Source of the DNA: Candidatus Taylorbacteria bacterium RIFCSPLOWO2_01_FULL_48_100
GTDB taxonomy: Bacteria > Patescibacteriota > Minisyncoccia > Phycocordibacterales > UBA10002
DNA length: 64,000 nucleotides
Direction: 5' to 3'
NCBI GenBank assembly: GCA_001821135.1
Contig: MHSA01000011.1
Coordinates: 3,042-67,041 of the forward strand
Under the pieces are notes generated by a model. The model was not told where the DNA came from. It ran no database searches and was given only the letters and a program-made list of their open reading frames with translations. The position numbers and the translations under genes were made by a program. Below are positions 34,499-44,155 of the stretch, piece after piece. How positions within the stretch are numbered: position 1 is the first letter of the stretch; each line of letters begins with the position of its first letter.

Positions 34499-36152
34499 AC
34501 AGGCGGTTGCGGAAGCACTCACAAAACTTGGGATTAAAAATCCCGATGTGTCGTTGGAACACCCAGAGGAATTGTCGCACGGCGATTATTCCACGAATGT
34601 TGCGCTTCGGTATGCGAAAGAACTTAAAAAAAGCCCGCAGACAATCGCAGAAGATATAATACGATATATCGTACTACAGAAGATTCCAGCACTTGCGCGC
34701 GCGGAAGCGGCGGCAGGTTTTGTGAACTTTTTTCTCGCCGGAGAATTCTTTGCGGAACGAATACAAGAGATTTTGGAAAAGAAAGATGGTTTTGGAAAGC
34801 AGGATGTTGGAAAGGGAAGGAAAGTGGTTGTAGAATTTTCGTCTCCGAACATTGCAAAGCCGTTTACGATTGGGCATTTGCGCTCAACAATTATCGGAGA
34901 CGCAGTTGCGAAAACGCTCTCTTTTCTAGGATATTCTGTTATCCGCGACAATCACCTCGGTGATTGGGGTACGCAATTCGGAAAAATGATTGTTGCGATT
35001 AAGAAGTGGGGAGATATTCAGAAAATTGCAGAAAACGCGGCTCCTGTTAGAGCGTTGGTGGATTTGTATGTCTGTTTTCACGCTGAAGCAAAAACGAACA
35101 TCGCGCTTGAAGATGAGGCGCGTGAGTGGTTTGTGAAATTGGAGAAAGGAGATGAAGAAGCGCGCGGTTTGTGGAAGCAGTGCGTAGCGTGGTCAATGAA
35201 GGAGTTTGAGTCGCTGTACAAACGGCTTGGCGTTTCTTTTGATACGATGCATGGAGAGAGTTTTTTTGAAGATAAAATGCGCGCTGTGGTGGAGGATCTT
35301 GAACGGAAAAATCTCTTAAAAGAAAGCGAAGGCGCGCGGCTTGTATTTTTTCCTAGCGATTCCTTGCCGCCGCTTATGATAATAAAAAAAGACGGCGGGA
35401 CATTGTACGCGACTCGCGACCTGGCGACTGATGCATGGAGGAAAAGAGAGTATGGCGACGGGGTAATTATCGTCAATGAGACGGGCGGAGAGCAATCGCT
35501 GTATTTCAAGCAGGTTTTTATGCTGGAAGAAATGCTCGGCTGGTTTGCGCGCGGCGAGCGGGTGCACATCGGGCACGGGCTCACGCGTGGGAAAGAAGGG
35601 AAGATGAGCACGCGGGAGGGCAACACGATTTGGCTTGAAGATGTGCTTGACGAGGCAGTGAAGCGCGCGGAAGCAATAAATAAAGAGACGGCAGAAATAG
35701 TTGGAATCGGCGCGCTTAAGTTTAACGACTTGAAGCGGGAGGCGAAACAAGACACCATTTTTGATTGGAATGATGTGCTGAATATGAAAGGCGACTCTGG
35801 ACCGTACTTGCAGTATTCTTATGCGCGGGCAATGTCGGTAATCAGAAAATCCCCTCCTCAGTTGAGGAGGGGTGCCGAGTTCGCGAGGCGGGGTGGTGGT
35901 GTTACTACATTAGAACGCCTCCTTTACCGATTTCCTGAAGTCGTACTGCGCGCGGGCAAGGACTACGCGCCGCATTTTATTGCGACTTATCTTATTGAAT
36001 TAGCGGGCGCGTTTAACAATTGGTATGCGAAGGAGCGCATTCTTAATGCTGGGGAGGAAACGGAATACCGCCTCGCGCTCACCGCCGCATTCGCGCAGGT
36101 TATGAAAAATGGACTTTGGCTACTTGGCATCGCCGCGCCGGAGAAGATGTAA
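34479..36152 (+). CDS. argS: Arginine--tRNA ligase, with palindromic insert
   Basis: EFSSPNIAKPFTIGHLRS, GDWGTQFG, GPYLQYSYAR, ends in M. Confidence 0.96.
   Translation: MVTESIKQAVAEALTKLGIKNPDVSLEHPEELSHGDYSTNVALRYAKELKKSPQTIAEDIIRYIVLQKIPALARAEAAAGFVNFFLAGEFFAERIQEILEKKDGFGKQDVGKGRKVVVEFSSPNIAKPFTIGHLRSTIIGDAVAKTLSFLGYSVIRDNHLGDWGTQFGKMIVAIKKWGDIQKIAENAAPVRALVDLYVCFHAEAKTNIALEDEAREWFVKLEKGDEEARGLWKQCVAWSMKEFESLYKRLGVSFDTMHGESFFEDKMRAVVEDLERKNLLKESEGARLVFFPSDSLPPLMIIKKDGGTLYATRDLATDAWRKREYGDGVIIVNETGGEQSLYFKQVFMLEEMLGWFARGERVHIGHGLTRGKEGKMSTREGNTIWLEDVLDEAVKRAEAINKETAEIVGIGALKFNDLKREAKQDTIFDWNDVLNMKGDSGPYLQYSYARAMSVIRKSPPQLRRGAEFARRGGGVTTLERLLYRFPEVVLRAGKDYAPHFIATYLIELAGAFNNWYAKERILNAGEETEYRLALTAAFAQVMKNGLWLLGIAAPEKM
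35851..35900. repeat. Palindromic-family insert in argS (PPQLRRGAEFARRGGG)
   Basis: CCCCTCCTCAGTTGAGGAGGGG hairpin; reverse complement matches 11391-11430 and 55726-55748. Confidence 0.8.
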
Positions 36153-36159
36153 AATATAT

Positions 36160-39100
36160 ATGAACACAGACAATCAACAACAAAAAAAGACGATTGCCGA
36201 GAAAGAGAAAGAAATCTTGAAGTTTTGGAAAGAAAACAGGGTTTTTGAAAAAACATTGGAGAAAAAAGCTCCAAAAGGCGATTTCGTTTTTTACGACGGG
36301 CCGCCGTTTGCGACGGGGCTCCCGCACCACGGCTCGCTCCTCTCGTCTGTCATTAAAGATGTAGTACCGCGCTACAAGACAATGCGCGGGTTCCGCGTCG
36401 AGAGGCGGTGGGGGTGGGACTGCCACGGGCTTCCGATTGAGAGCTTGGTAGAAAAACGGCTTGGACTTAAAACGAAAAAAGACATTGAAAAAATCGGCGT
36501 TGCGGCGTTCAACGAAGCGGCGCGCGAGAGCGTGCTTGAATTTGAGAAAGAGTGGGAGAAATATATTGAACGGGTTGGGCGGTTTGTTGATTTCAAGAAC
36601 TCCTACAAGACGATGGACAACTCTTATATGGAGAGCGTGTGGGGCGCGCTGAAAAAGCTTCACGAAAAGAAATTGCTATACGAAGGAAAGAAAGTGCTTA
36701 TGTATTGCCCGCACTGTGAGACCCCGCTCGCAAAAGCGGAAATCGCGATGGATAATACCTATAAGAAAATTACTGAGGAGGCAGTTACTGTGAAGTTTAA
36801 GGTCAAAAATGAACCAAATACACATCTTTTGGCGTGGACGACGACGCCGTGGACATTGCCGGGGAATGTCGCTCTTGCTGTCGGTAAAAAGATTGTCTAT
36901 GTAAAAGCAAAAGTTGGTAGCGAGATTTTTATTATTGCAAAAGACCGTTTGGAAATATTGGATGGAAAACAATATGAAATTATTGAAGAGGTTGTCGGTA
37001 AAGATTTGGTGGGCTTGGAATACGAACCAGTTTACGGAGTACCTAAAATACTTAAACAATTTAAAATAAATGCAATTGAGCCGCATCGTATTCTTGAGGC
37101 AGGGTTTGTAAATACCAATGAGGGTACAGGAATTGTACACATTGCGCCAGCATACGGAGAAGAAGATTATCAGTTAGCGGGTCGCAATGATTTACCAATA
37201 GTGCAACTACTTGATGCTGGCGCGAAGTACAACGATAGCGCGCCTGAATTTTTGCGCTGTAAGTATGTAAAGAGCGCGGAAAAAGAAATAAAAGAGGATT
37301 TGGAAAAGCGCGCGTTTTTGTTTGCGCGCGCGATGAATACGCACGAGTACCCGCACTGTTACCGATGCGGCACCCCACTGATTTACAATGCGGTCCCGTC
37401 ATGGTTTATCGCTATACAAGATGCGAAAAAGAAGATGCTTTCGGAGAACGAAAAGATACAATGGGTGCCTGAGCACCTGAAGCATGGGCGCTTCAAGAAC
37501 ATCGTTGAAGGCGCGCCCGATTGGAACATTTCGCGAAGCCGCTTTTGGGCAACGCCATTGCCGATTTGGAAAGAAAAAGGTGGCGAGCGCGTAATGGTTG
37601 TTGGCTCGCTTGAAGAACTAAAAAAGCGCGTGAAAAAGTCGGGCAATCAATATTTTGTAATGCGGCATGGCGAGGCGGTAGATAATGCTGAACATAAAGA
37701 AGACATTTATGGCGACCCGCAGAATCATCTAACTGATAAAGGAAAGAAAGGTGCTGTGCATACAGCCGCTAATCTTAAAAAGGAGCGTATTGACCTCATT
37801 ATCACCTCGCCATTTGTGCGCACGCGCGAAACCGCTCTGCTTATCCAAAAAGAGCTCGGATTGTCGGACGATACGGTGGTAGTTGATGAACGCTTACACG
37901 AGCGCAACGAGCCGACCTTAGTAGAAGTGCGTCGGCGCGTGGGCGAATTCTTGTTTGAAATAGAGCGCCGCGAGCAAAACAAAAACATACTTATTGTCGG
38001 ACACGGCAGTCCGCTTTGGGTTTTGTCCCAAGTTGCGGAAGGCAAACCGTCGGACGATTTTCAAGACAGAGTGATGTTGGAACTTGCCAAAGCGCGCGCG
38101 CTTCCGTTTATTCCGTTTCCACATAACAAGGACTATGAGATTGATTTACACCGTCCGTGGATTGATGCACTGACGCTTGTTGATGAAGGTGGGAGAGAAT
38201 ACGAGCGCATTCCGGAAGTGGTTGATTGTTGGGTGGAATCGGCAGCGATGCCGTTTGCGTCCGGCACTGCGAAATACCCTGCGGACTTTATTGCAGAGTA
38301 TATTGCGCAAACGCGCACTTGGTTTTACTACCTCCACGCGCTCGGCATTTTGCTTGTGGGCAAGCGAGCGTTTAACGCAGTCGTGTCTACAGGAACGCTT
38401 CTCGCAGAAGATGGCGCAAAGATTTCTAAATCAAAAGGCAACTACACCGACCCGTTTCTTCTTATGGACAAGTATGGCGCAGATGCGTACCGCTTTTACC
38501 TTATGGGAAGCGTGGTGATGCAAGGCGAGGACCTTTCTTTTCGCGATAGCGATGTGCGCGAAGCGCACAATCGCGTTGTCGGAATACTCCGCAACTGCCT
38601 CGCTTTTTTTGAGTTGTATAAAAATAAATATGACGGAAATACGAAGGCGGAAGAAAGCGCGCACATTTTGGATAAATGGATTCGCGCGCACCTTAGGCGG
38701 AGTACGGCAGTAATTACGGATGCGATGGAGGCGTACGACACGCCTTCCGCATGCCGCGAGATTCGTGCGTTCACAGAAGATTATTCTACATGGTACATTC
38801 GCCGCTCGCGCGAACGGGTGAAGTCCGCCTCTTCTGCGGACGAGGCAGGTAGCGCTGACGCGCAACACTGCCTCGCAACCCAACGCGAAGTTCTTCTCGC
38901 GCTCTCAAAACTCATTGCGCCGATAATGCCGTTCTTGGCGGAGGAGATATATAAATCGGTTGACGGAGAAAAAGAGAGCGTGCATCTAGACGGATGGCCG
39001 GAAGTCGGAAGTCGAAAGTCGGAAGAAAAATTGTTTGAAGAAATGGAAAAAGTGAGGAAGATTGTGTCGCTCGCGCTGGAAGCGCGTGCGAAGGCGAATA

Positions 39101-39522
39101 TCAAAATACGGCAACCACTCGCTTTGCTCAAAATCCGAAATCCGAAATCCGAAATCCGAAATAAACCAGAATTACTTAATTTAATAAACGAAGAAATAAA
39201 TGTTAAGAAAATAATTTTTGATGAAGAAGTTGCAGGAGAAGTGGAATTAGATACAGCGATAACGCCAGAACTAAAAGAAGAAGGCGAGTTTCGCGGGCTT
39301 TTGCGCGCGGTACAGAATTTGCGCAAGAAAAAAGGTCTCACCATTTCCGATGTTGCAACGCTTCTTGTGGACACGAGCGCGGATGGCAAAAGGTTTGTTG
39401 AAAAGTTTTCAAGTGAACTCAAAAAATCCGCATTACTCAAAGATATTGAGTTTGTTTCGGTTGCGTATGGGGAAGCGGTTGCTGTTGGCGAACATACAGC
39501 CAAACTTGACATTCGGAAGTGA
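36160..39522 (+). CDS. ileS: Isoleucine--tRNA ligase with inserted histidine-phosphatase domain
   Basis: DGPPFATGLPHHG, GWDCHGLP, WTTTPWTLP, DWNISRSRFW, KISKS; RHGE insert. Confidence 0.95.
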   Translation: MNTDNQQQKKTIAEKEKEILKFWKENRVFEKTLEKKAPKGDFVFYDGPPFATGLPHHGSLLSSVIKDVVPRYKTMRGFRVERRWGWDCHGLPIESLVEKRLGLKTKKDIEKIGVAAFNEAARESVLEFEKEWEKYIERVGRFVDFKNSYKTMDNSYMESVWGALKKLHEKKLLYEGKKVLMYCPHCETPLAKAEIAMDNTYKKITEEAVTVKFKVKNEPNTHLLAWTTTPWTLPGNVALAVGKKIVYVKAKVGSEIFIIAKDRLEILDGKQYEIIEEVVGKDLVGLEYEPVYGVPKILKQFKINAIEPHRILEAGFVNTNEGTGIVHIAPAYGEEDYQLAGRNDLPIVQLLDAGAKYNDSAPEFLRCKYVKSAEKEIKEDLEKRAFLFARAMNTHEYPHCYRCGTPLIYNAVPSWFIAIQDAKKKMLSENEKIQWVPEHLKHGRFKNIVEGAPDWNISRSRFWATPLPIWKEKGGERVMVVGSLEELKKRVKKSGNQYFVMRHGEAVDNAEHKEDIYGDPQNHLTDKGKKGAVHTAANLKKERIDLIITSPFVRTRETALLIQKELGLSDDTVVVDERLHERNEPTLVEVRRRVGEFLFEIERREQNKNILIVGHGSPLWVLSQVAEGKPSDDFQDRVMLELAKARALPFIPFPHNKDYEIDLHRPWIDALTLVDEGGREYERIPEVVDCWVESAAMPFASGTAKYPADFIAEYIAQTRTWFYYLHALGILLVGKRAFNAVVSTGTLLAEDGAKISKSKGNYTDPFLLMDKYGADAYRFYLMGSVVMQGEDLSFRDSDVREAHNRVVGILRNCLAFFELYKNKYDGNTKAEESAHILDKWIRAHLRRSTAVITDAMEAYDTPSACREIRAFTEDYSTWYIRRSRERVKSASSADEAGSADAQHCLATQREVLLALSKLIAPIMPFLAEEIYKSVDGEKESVHLDGWPEVGSRKSEEKLFEEMEKVRKIVSLALEARAKANIKIRQPLALLKIRNPKSEIRNKPELLNLINEEINVKKIIFDEEVAGEVELDTAITPELKEEGEFRGLLRAVQNLRKKKGLTISDVATLLVDTSADGKRFVEKFSSELKKSALLKDIEFVSVAYGEAVAVGEHTAKLDIRK
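39131..39161 (+). repeat. Tandem heptamer (AAATCCG)x4 in ileS
   Basis: aaatccg aaatccg aaatccg aaatccg aaa, read as KIRNPKSEIRN. Confidence 0.9.
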
Positions 39523-39546
39523 TTCGTGATTTTTTGTATTCTTTCC

Positions 39547-39650
39547 TCTCGCCCTTATCATAAGGGGGAGTACCCGAGCGAAGCGAGGGGGAGGGGGTGT
39601 CAGAAAAAAAACACCCCTCCCTTTCCCTCCCCTTAGGTAAAGGGCAGGGT
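39547..39650 (+). repeat. Intergenic copy of the polA-type palindromic element
   Basis: 38-bp identity with 7104-7141. Confidence 0.9.
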
Positions 39651-39661
39651 ATAAAGAAAAT

Positions 39662-40252
39662 ATGTATCACCTCTATCACACCCCCGCGTTGGTTCTCGGA
39701 AGCTCGCCGACTGGCGAAGGAAGCCGCACTGTGGAACTTTTTACGCGGGAACTCGGATTAGTTTCAGCGCGCGCGCAAGGCGTGCGCCTTGCGCGTTCTA
39801 AACTCCGCTATCACTTGACCGATTTTTCCTACACCGATGCGTGGCTTGTGCGCGGGCGCGAAGTGTGGCGGCTTGCAAACGCCGTGTCGCGCGCGAATTT
39901 CTTCTCGGAACTTGTGGGGGATTCCGCCGCGCGCGCGGTTCTCGCGCGCGCGGCGCTGCTTCTGCGGCGACTCCTTCCGCCCGAAGAAAAGCATGAAAAG
40001 CTTTTTGACGCCGTTGTGTCGTGCGCTGCGTTTTTTCAGAGCCGCACCTGTTCGGCGGGTGAATTTCGCGATATTGAGATTTTGCTCGCGCTTCGCATTT
40101 TGTTCCACTTGGGTTACTTAGGTGAGCCGAAAGAATTTTTGGAAGTCGCGGCTGGCGAGAGTTTCGGTGCGTTTGAGATTTCGTCAATTGCGCCGCTTCG
40201 GCGTCAGTTGGTTTCAATAATAAATTCGTCTCTGCGAATAACTGGTTTGTGA
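39662..40252 (+). CDS. recO: DNA repair protein RecO (short form)
   Basis: GEGSR.V.LFTRELGLV.A.AQGVR...SKL OB-fold motif. Confidence 0.8.
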   Translation: MYHLYHTPALVLGSSPTGEGSRTVELFTRELGLVSARAQGVRLARSKLRYHLTDFSYTDAWLVRGREVWRLANAVSRANFFSELVGDSAARAVLARAALLLRRLLPPEEKHEKLFDAVVSCAAFFQSRTCSAGEFRDIEILLALRILFHLGYLGEPKEFLEVAAGESFGAFEISSIAPLRRQLVSIINSSLRITGL

Positions 40253-40264
40253 TATACTTTTCGT

Positions 40265-42187
40265 ATGGACGGATTGGAAAAAATACGCAAAGGTCTTTAC
40301 GCGCGCGAGCAGGAGCCGAACGAAAATGAAAATACTCAGCACTCGCCTCTATTTCATTCCGAAAAAATAGAATCAAAATCCTCGTGGGAACGCGAGCCGC
40401 TTTCTCCCGAGACGCCGACAGTTGAGCTGCGCAACGCTATGTCTCTAGCAAAAAAACTTTTTATCGGGTCCGCTATTTTTTTTGCGTGCGCAGTCGCGTT
40501 CGCCGGGTTCGTGATGTTTCGCGGCGGCAATGTGGTGAGTTCGGAAAAGGTGTTCGTGCAATTTGCTGGTCCGCTTTCAGTTGCCGGTGGCGAGCCGTTT
40601 AATTTTGAGGTGTCGGTACGGAACGACAACAGTTCGCAGATTGAGGCAGCCGATTTGTTGTTGGAATTTCCTGAAGGTACGCGCCGCGCTAACAACCCGC
40701 TCGCAGAGATGCGCCGCTTCCGCGAAGCACTCGGCGAGATTGCGCCGGGCGAGAGCTTGTCTAAAAAACATGAAGCAATTCTATTTGGCGAAGAAGGCGA
40801 ACATCTGGTTATTTCTGCAACTCTTGAATATCGCGTGCGCGGTTCCAACGCGCTTCTCAAAAAGACATCGCGGTACGAAGTGGCGCTCGGCACCGCGCCG
40901 CTTTCCATTTCAATTACCGGTATGCGCGAGACAGCGAACAAAAGCGAGTTTTCGCTGGAGCTTGAAGTGAAATCAAACAGTACGACCGCGCTTCGCGACA
41001 TTATTGTTGAAGCGGACTATCCGTTCGGGTTCGCATTTAAAAACTCGTCACCACGCCCAACATCGGGCGAGCGCGCGTGGGCACTAGGTGATCTGTCCGC
41101 GGGAGGAACGCGCCGCATTACGCTCTCCGGAATCGTGTCTGGTGCGGAGGGCGACGAACGGGTTTTTAGATTTCGCGCAGGTCCAGCACAAAGCGGTAGC
41201 GGTTCCAATATTGGTACAGCGCTAGTATCAGCATCTCATGCAGTTCTTCTTCGCAGGCCGTTTTTAGCCATCTCGCTTATTGTTAATGGGGAAGAAGGAA
41301 CTGAATTTATTACCGAAAAAGGAAAAACGGTGCGCGTAGGTGTCGCGTGGGAAAACAATTTACCAACGCGCGCGACTGACGCGCAAATTACCGTGCGACT
41401 AGACGGCGCACTTTACGACCCGGCTTCGGTTGTTCCAGATGGCGGCAGCTATTACCGCGCGCAGGACGGAACGATTGTGTGGGACAGGAGCGCAGACGGC
41501 TCGCTCGCCACAATGGAGCCGGGCGCTCGCGGGCAGAAGCAATTCTCCGTAAATGTGCGCGGTCCTGGTACTGGCGTGTATGCGCTAAAAAATCCGTCGT
41601 TTGGAATAAGCGCGTCAATTTCCGCGCGTGGCCCCGCGGGCGCAAGCGAGGCGGGTGGCGCGATTGAAACGAAAACGCGCGCGGAAGTAAAACTTCTCGC
41701 AGACCTTTCGCTCTCTGCGCGGCTCGCGCGTTGGAGCGGGACGTTCACCAACCGCGGACCGATTCCACCGAAAGTCGGCGAAGAAACAACATACACAGTT
41801 GTGTGGTCGCTTTCTAATGCCTTTAACGAGCTTTCGGATGCGCGTGTTTCCGCAACGCTTCCGTCTTATGTAAGGTTTGTCGGCGCGGTGTCGCCGGCGG
41901 GTGAGCGCGTCAGCTACGATGCAATAAGCGGCGTAGTTATGTGGGAAGCGGGGGAAGTTAAAGCGGGAGTCGGTATCGGCGGTATCCCACGCGAAGTTGC
42001 GTTCCAAGTCGCGCTCGTTCCGGCGAGCAGTCAAGCCGGCTCCATACCGACTCTTGTCGGCGAGGCGTCAGCAGAAGGCAACGACCGCTTTACAGGCCGC
42101 TCGGTCTCCAGCGCAACCCGCCCCGCACTCTCCACCGCCTTTTCCGATGCATCATTCGTAAGTGGGCAGGATGTGGTAGGAAAATGA
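40265..42187 (+). CDS. Conserved Parcubacteria membrane-anchored protein with Ig-like repeats
   Basis: 640 aa, one TM, repeated beta-rich segments, GPIPPKVGEETTYTVVW. Confidence 0.75.
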   Translation: MDGLEKIRKGLYAREQEPNENENTQHSPLFHSEKIESKSSWEREPLSPETPTVELRNAMSLAKKLFIGSAIFFACAVAFAGFVMFRGGNVVSSEKVFVQFAGPLSVAGGEPFNFEVSVRNDNSSQIEAADLLLEFPEGTRRANNPLAEMRRFREALGEIAPGESLSKKHEAILFGEEGEHLVISATLEYRVRGSNALLKKTSRYEVALGTAPLSISITGMRETANKSEFSLELEVKSNSTTALRDIIVEADYPFGFAFKNSSPRPTSGERAWALGDLSAGGTRRITLSGIVSGAEGDERVFRFRAGPAQSGSGSNIGTALVSASHAVLLRRPFLAISLIVNGEEGTEFITEKGKTVRVGVAWENNLPTRATDAQITVRLDGALYDPASVVPDGGSYYRAQDGTIVWDRSADGSLATMEPGARGQKQFSVNVRGPGTGVYALKNPSFGISASISARGPAGASEAGGAIETKTRAEVKLLADLSLSARLARWSGTFTNRGPIPPKVGEETTYTVVWSLSNAFNELSDARVSATLPSYVRFVGAVSPAGERVSYDAISGVVMWEAGEVKAGVGIGGIPREVAFQVALVPASSQAGSIPTLVGEASAEGNDRFTGRSVSSATRPALSTAFSDASFVSGQDVVGK

Positions 42188-42207
42188 TTTTATGGTAAAG
42201 TGTTGTT

Positions 42208-43599
42208 ATGAAAAATGAAGACAATCTATTAGATAAAATCGTATCGCTCTGCAAACGACGCGGGTTTATTTATCCTGGTTCGTCTATTTACGGTGGATTT
42301 GCCGGGACTTACGACCTTGGACCTTACGGTGTAATGCTTCGTCGCAATCTTGTTGATGAGTGGAAACGAGCGATAGAAGAAGAGGATTCTATCGCTTTTA
42401 TTGAATCCAGTATATTTACTTCGCGTAAGGTATGGGAGGCAAGCGGGCATGTGAGCGGCTTTTCTGATCCGCTTGTGGTGTGCAATTCCTGTCATACGAA
42501 ACAACGGGCTGACCATTTACTTGAATCTATAGGTGCCTTTGCTGACGAGAAGATGACAGAAAAAAAGATTAATGAAGTCTTTGATGCGCACCGAAAAGAA
42601 CTCACTTGTACAATATGTGGTAAAAAGGATTTTGGAAAAGTCAGGGCCAAAAATCTCCTAGCAACATCTACACTCGGTGTTTTTGAAGAAGATGACCAAG
42701 AAGTGTATCTGCGCGCGGAGACGGCACAAGGGATTTATATAAATTTTAAGAATGTTTTTGATGTTGGTTCTTATGAGATACCATTTGGTATCGCGCAAAT
42801 CGGTAAGGTTTTCCGCAATGAAATTAGTCCGCGGCAGTTTCTTTTTCGGATGCGTGAATTTGAGCAGATGGAAATGCAATATTTCGTCAGACCGAAAGAC
42901 GCTCCTGCGGCGTATGCGCGCTGGAAACAAAAACGCTTTGAGTATTATCCAACGCTTGGCATTAAAAAAGAAAAGTTGCGTCTTAAACAGCATGACAATC
43001 TGGTATTTTATGCTAAGGATGCATGGGATATTCAGTACGAATTTCCTTTCGGGTGGAATGAACTTGAAGGACTCCATTACCGAGGCGATTATGACCTTTC
43101 TCAACATCAGAAATTTTCTGGCGCAGATGCCGGTGTATATGACGAAGAAACAAAAGAGCGTTACATTCCACATGTTGTGGAGACATCAGTTGGCGTAGAA
43201 AGGACTATGCTTATGGTTCTATGTGATGCGTATAGTGAGGATGAAATGAATGGAGAAAAAAGAGTAGTACTTCGCTTCCATCCCCGAATAGCCCCAATTA
43301 AGACCGCTGTTTTCCCTTTATTGAGGAACAAACCACAATTAGTAGAAAAAGCGCAGGAAGTTTACCGGATGTTAAGACAAAATCCAGCTTTTGGCGGAGC
43401 AGTGAGATTTGACGACAACGGCAATATCGGCAAACGCTATCGGAGACAAGACGAAATCGGCACCCCGTTTTGCGTTACGGTGGATTTTGATTCTCTGGAA
43501 AAAGACGATGTTACTGTACGTGACCGCGATACGGGGAAGCAGGAACGTATAGATGTAAAAAGCCTTACCCTGCATATCAAGGAAGAATTGACAAAGTAG
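42208..43599 (+). CDS. glyQS: Glycine--tRNA ligase (alpha2 type)
   Basis: LCKRRGF, YLRAETAQG, GKVFRNEI, REFEQME, IGKRYRRQDEIGTP. Confidence 0.96.
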   Translation: MKNEDNLLDKIVSLCKRRGFIYPGSSIYGGFAGTYDLGPYGVMLRRNLVDEWKRAIEEEDSIAFIESSIFTSRKVWEASGHVSGFSDPLVVCNSCHTKQRADHLLESIGAFADEKMTEKKINEVFDAHRKELTCTICGKKDFGKVRAKNLLATSTLGVFEEDDQEVYLRAETAQGIYINFKNVFDVGSYEIPFGIAQIGKVFRNEISPRQFLFRMREFEQMEMQYFVRPKDAPAAYARWKQKRFEYYPTLGIKKEKLRLKQHDNLVFYAKDAWDIQYEFPFGWNELEGLHYRGDYDLSQHQKFSGADAGVYDEETKERYIPHVVETSVGVERTMLMVLCDAYSEDEMNGEKRVVLRFHPRIAPIKTAVFPLLRNKPQLVEKAQEVYRMLRQNPAFGGAVRFDDNGNIGKRYRRQDEIGTPFCVTVDFDSLEKDDVTVRDRDTGKQERIDVKSLTLHIKEELTK

Positions 43600-43624
43600 C
43601 CACTATGGCTATAATGGCTACTAT

Positions 43625-43909
43625 ATGATTACGACAACCTTCTCAGCGAAAGAGGCAAAGAATAATTTTGGGCGGCTTTTGGACGAAGCCCGCCGGTTTC
43701 CTGTGTTTGTTAAAAAGAACGGTCGTCAGGTTGCGGTGGTAATGTCTTCTGAAGAATATGAGTTTTTGGAGGCACTTTCGGACGCTTATTGGGGAAAGCG
43801 CGCACAGCAAGCCGCTAAAGGAGGGTTTATTGGGGTTAATGCGTCTATGAAATATCTGATGTCTATTCTTAAGAGAAATGCCAATAAAACTATCAAAACA
43901 CGCGATTAA
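43625..43909 (+). CDS. Phd/YefM family antitoxin
   Basis: FSAKEAKNNFGRLLD...PV.V.KNGR.VAVVMS.EEYE. Confidence 0.9.
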   Translation: MITTTFSAKEAKNNFGRLLDEARRFPVFVKKNGRQVAVVMSSEEYEFLEALSDAYWGKRAQQAAKGGFIGVNASMKYLMSILKRNANKTIKTRD

Positions 43910-44147
43910 ATTTCTAAAACACCTGCCTCCCAAGCAGGAATATCAGTTAGTGAGGAGAATTACAGAACTGGCTCAAAATCCGATTGCACCCGATGTGAGA
44001 AAGATGTCCGGTTTCGATTGCCTGCGTGTTGATAGTGGAGAATACCGAATTGTCTATTCTATGCGGGACGACAGCATTTTTGTGTGGTTGGTCGGCAAGC
44101 GAAACGACGATGAGGTGTACAGAAAACTAAAACGCATGTTAAAGTAG
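43878..44147 (+). CDS. RelE/ParE family toxin
   Basis: A.KFLK.L, LRVDSGEYRIVY, VGKR..VY; overlaps the antitoxin. Confidence 0.9.
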   Translation: MPIKLSKHAIKFLKHLPPKQEYQLVRRITELAQNPIAPDVRKMSGFDCLRVDSGEYRIVYSMRDDSIFVWLVGKRNDDEVYRKLKRMLK

Positions 44148-44155
44148 TGTTCACG

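Noticed and set aside
43625-44147. Novel toxin-antitoxin system
   Set aside because: It is an ordinary Phd/YefM-RelE type II pair with a palindromic operator. It is listed as a feature only.
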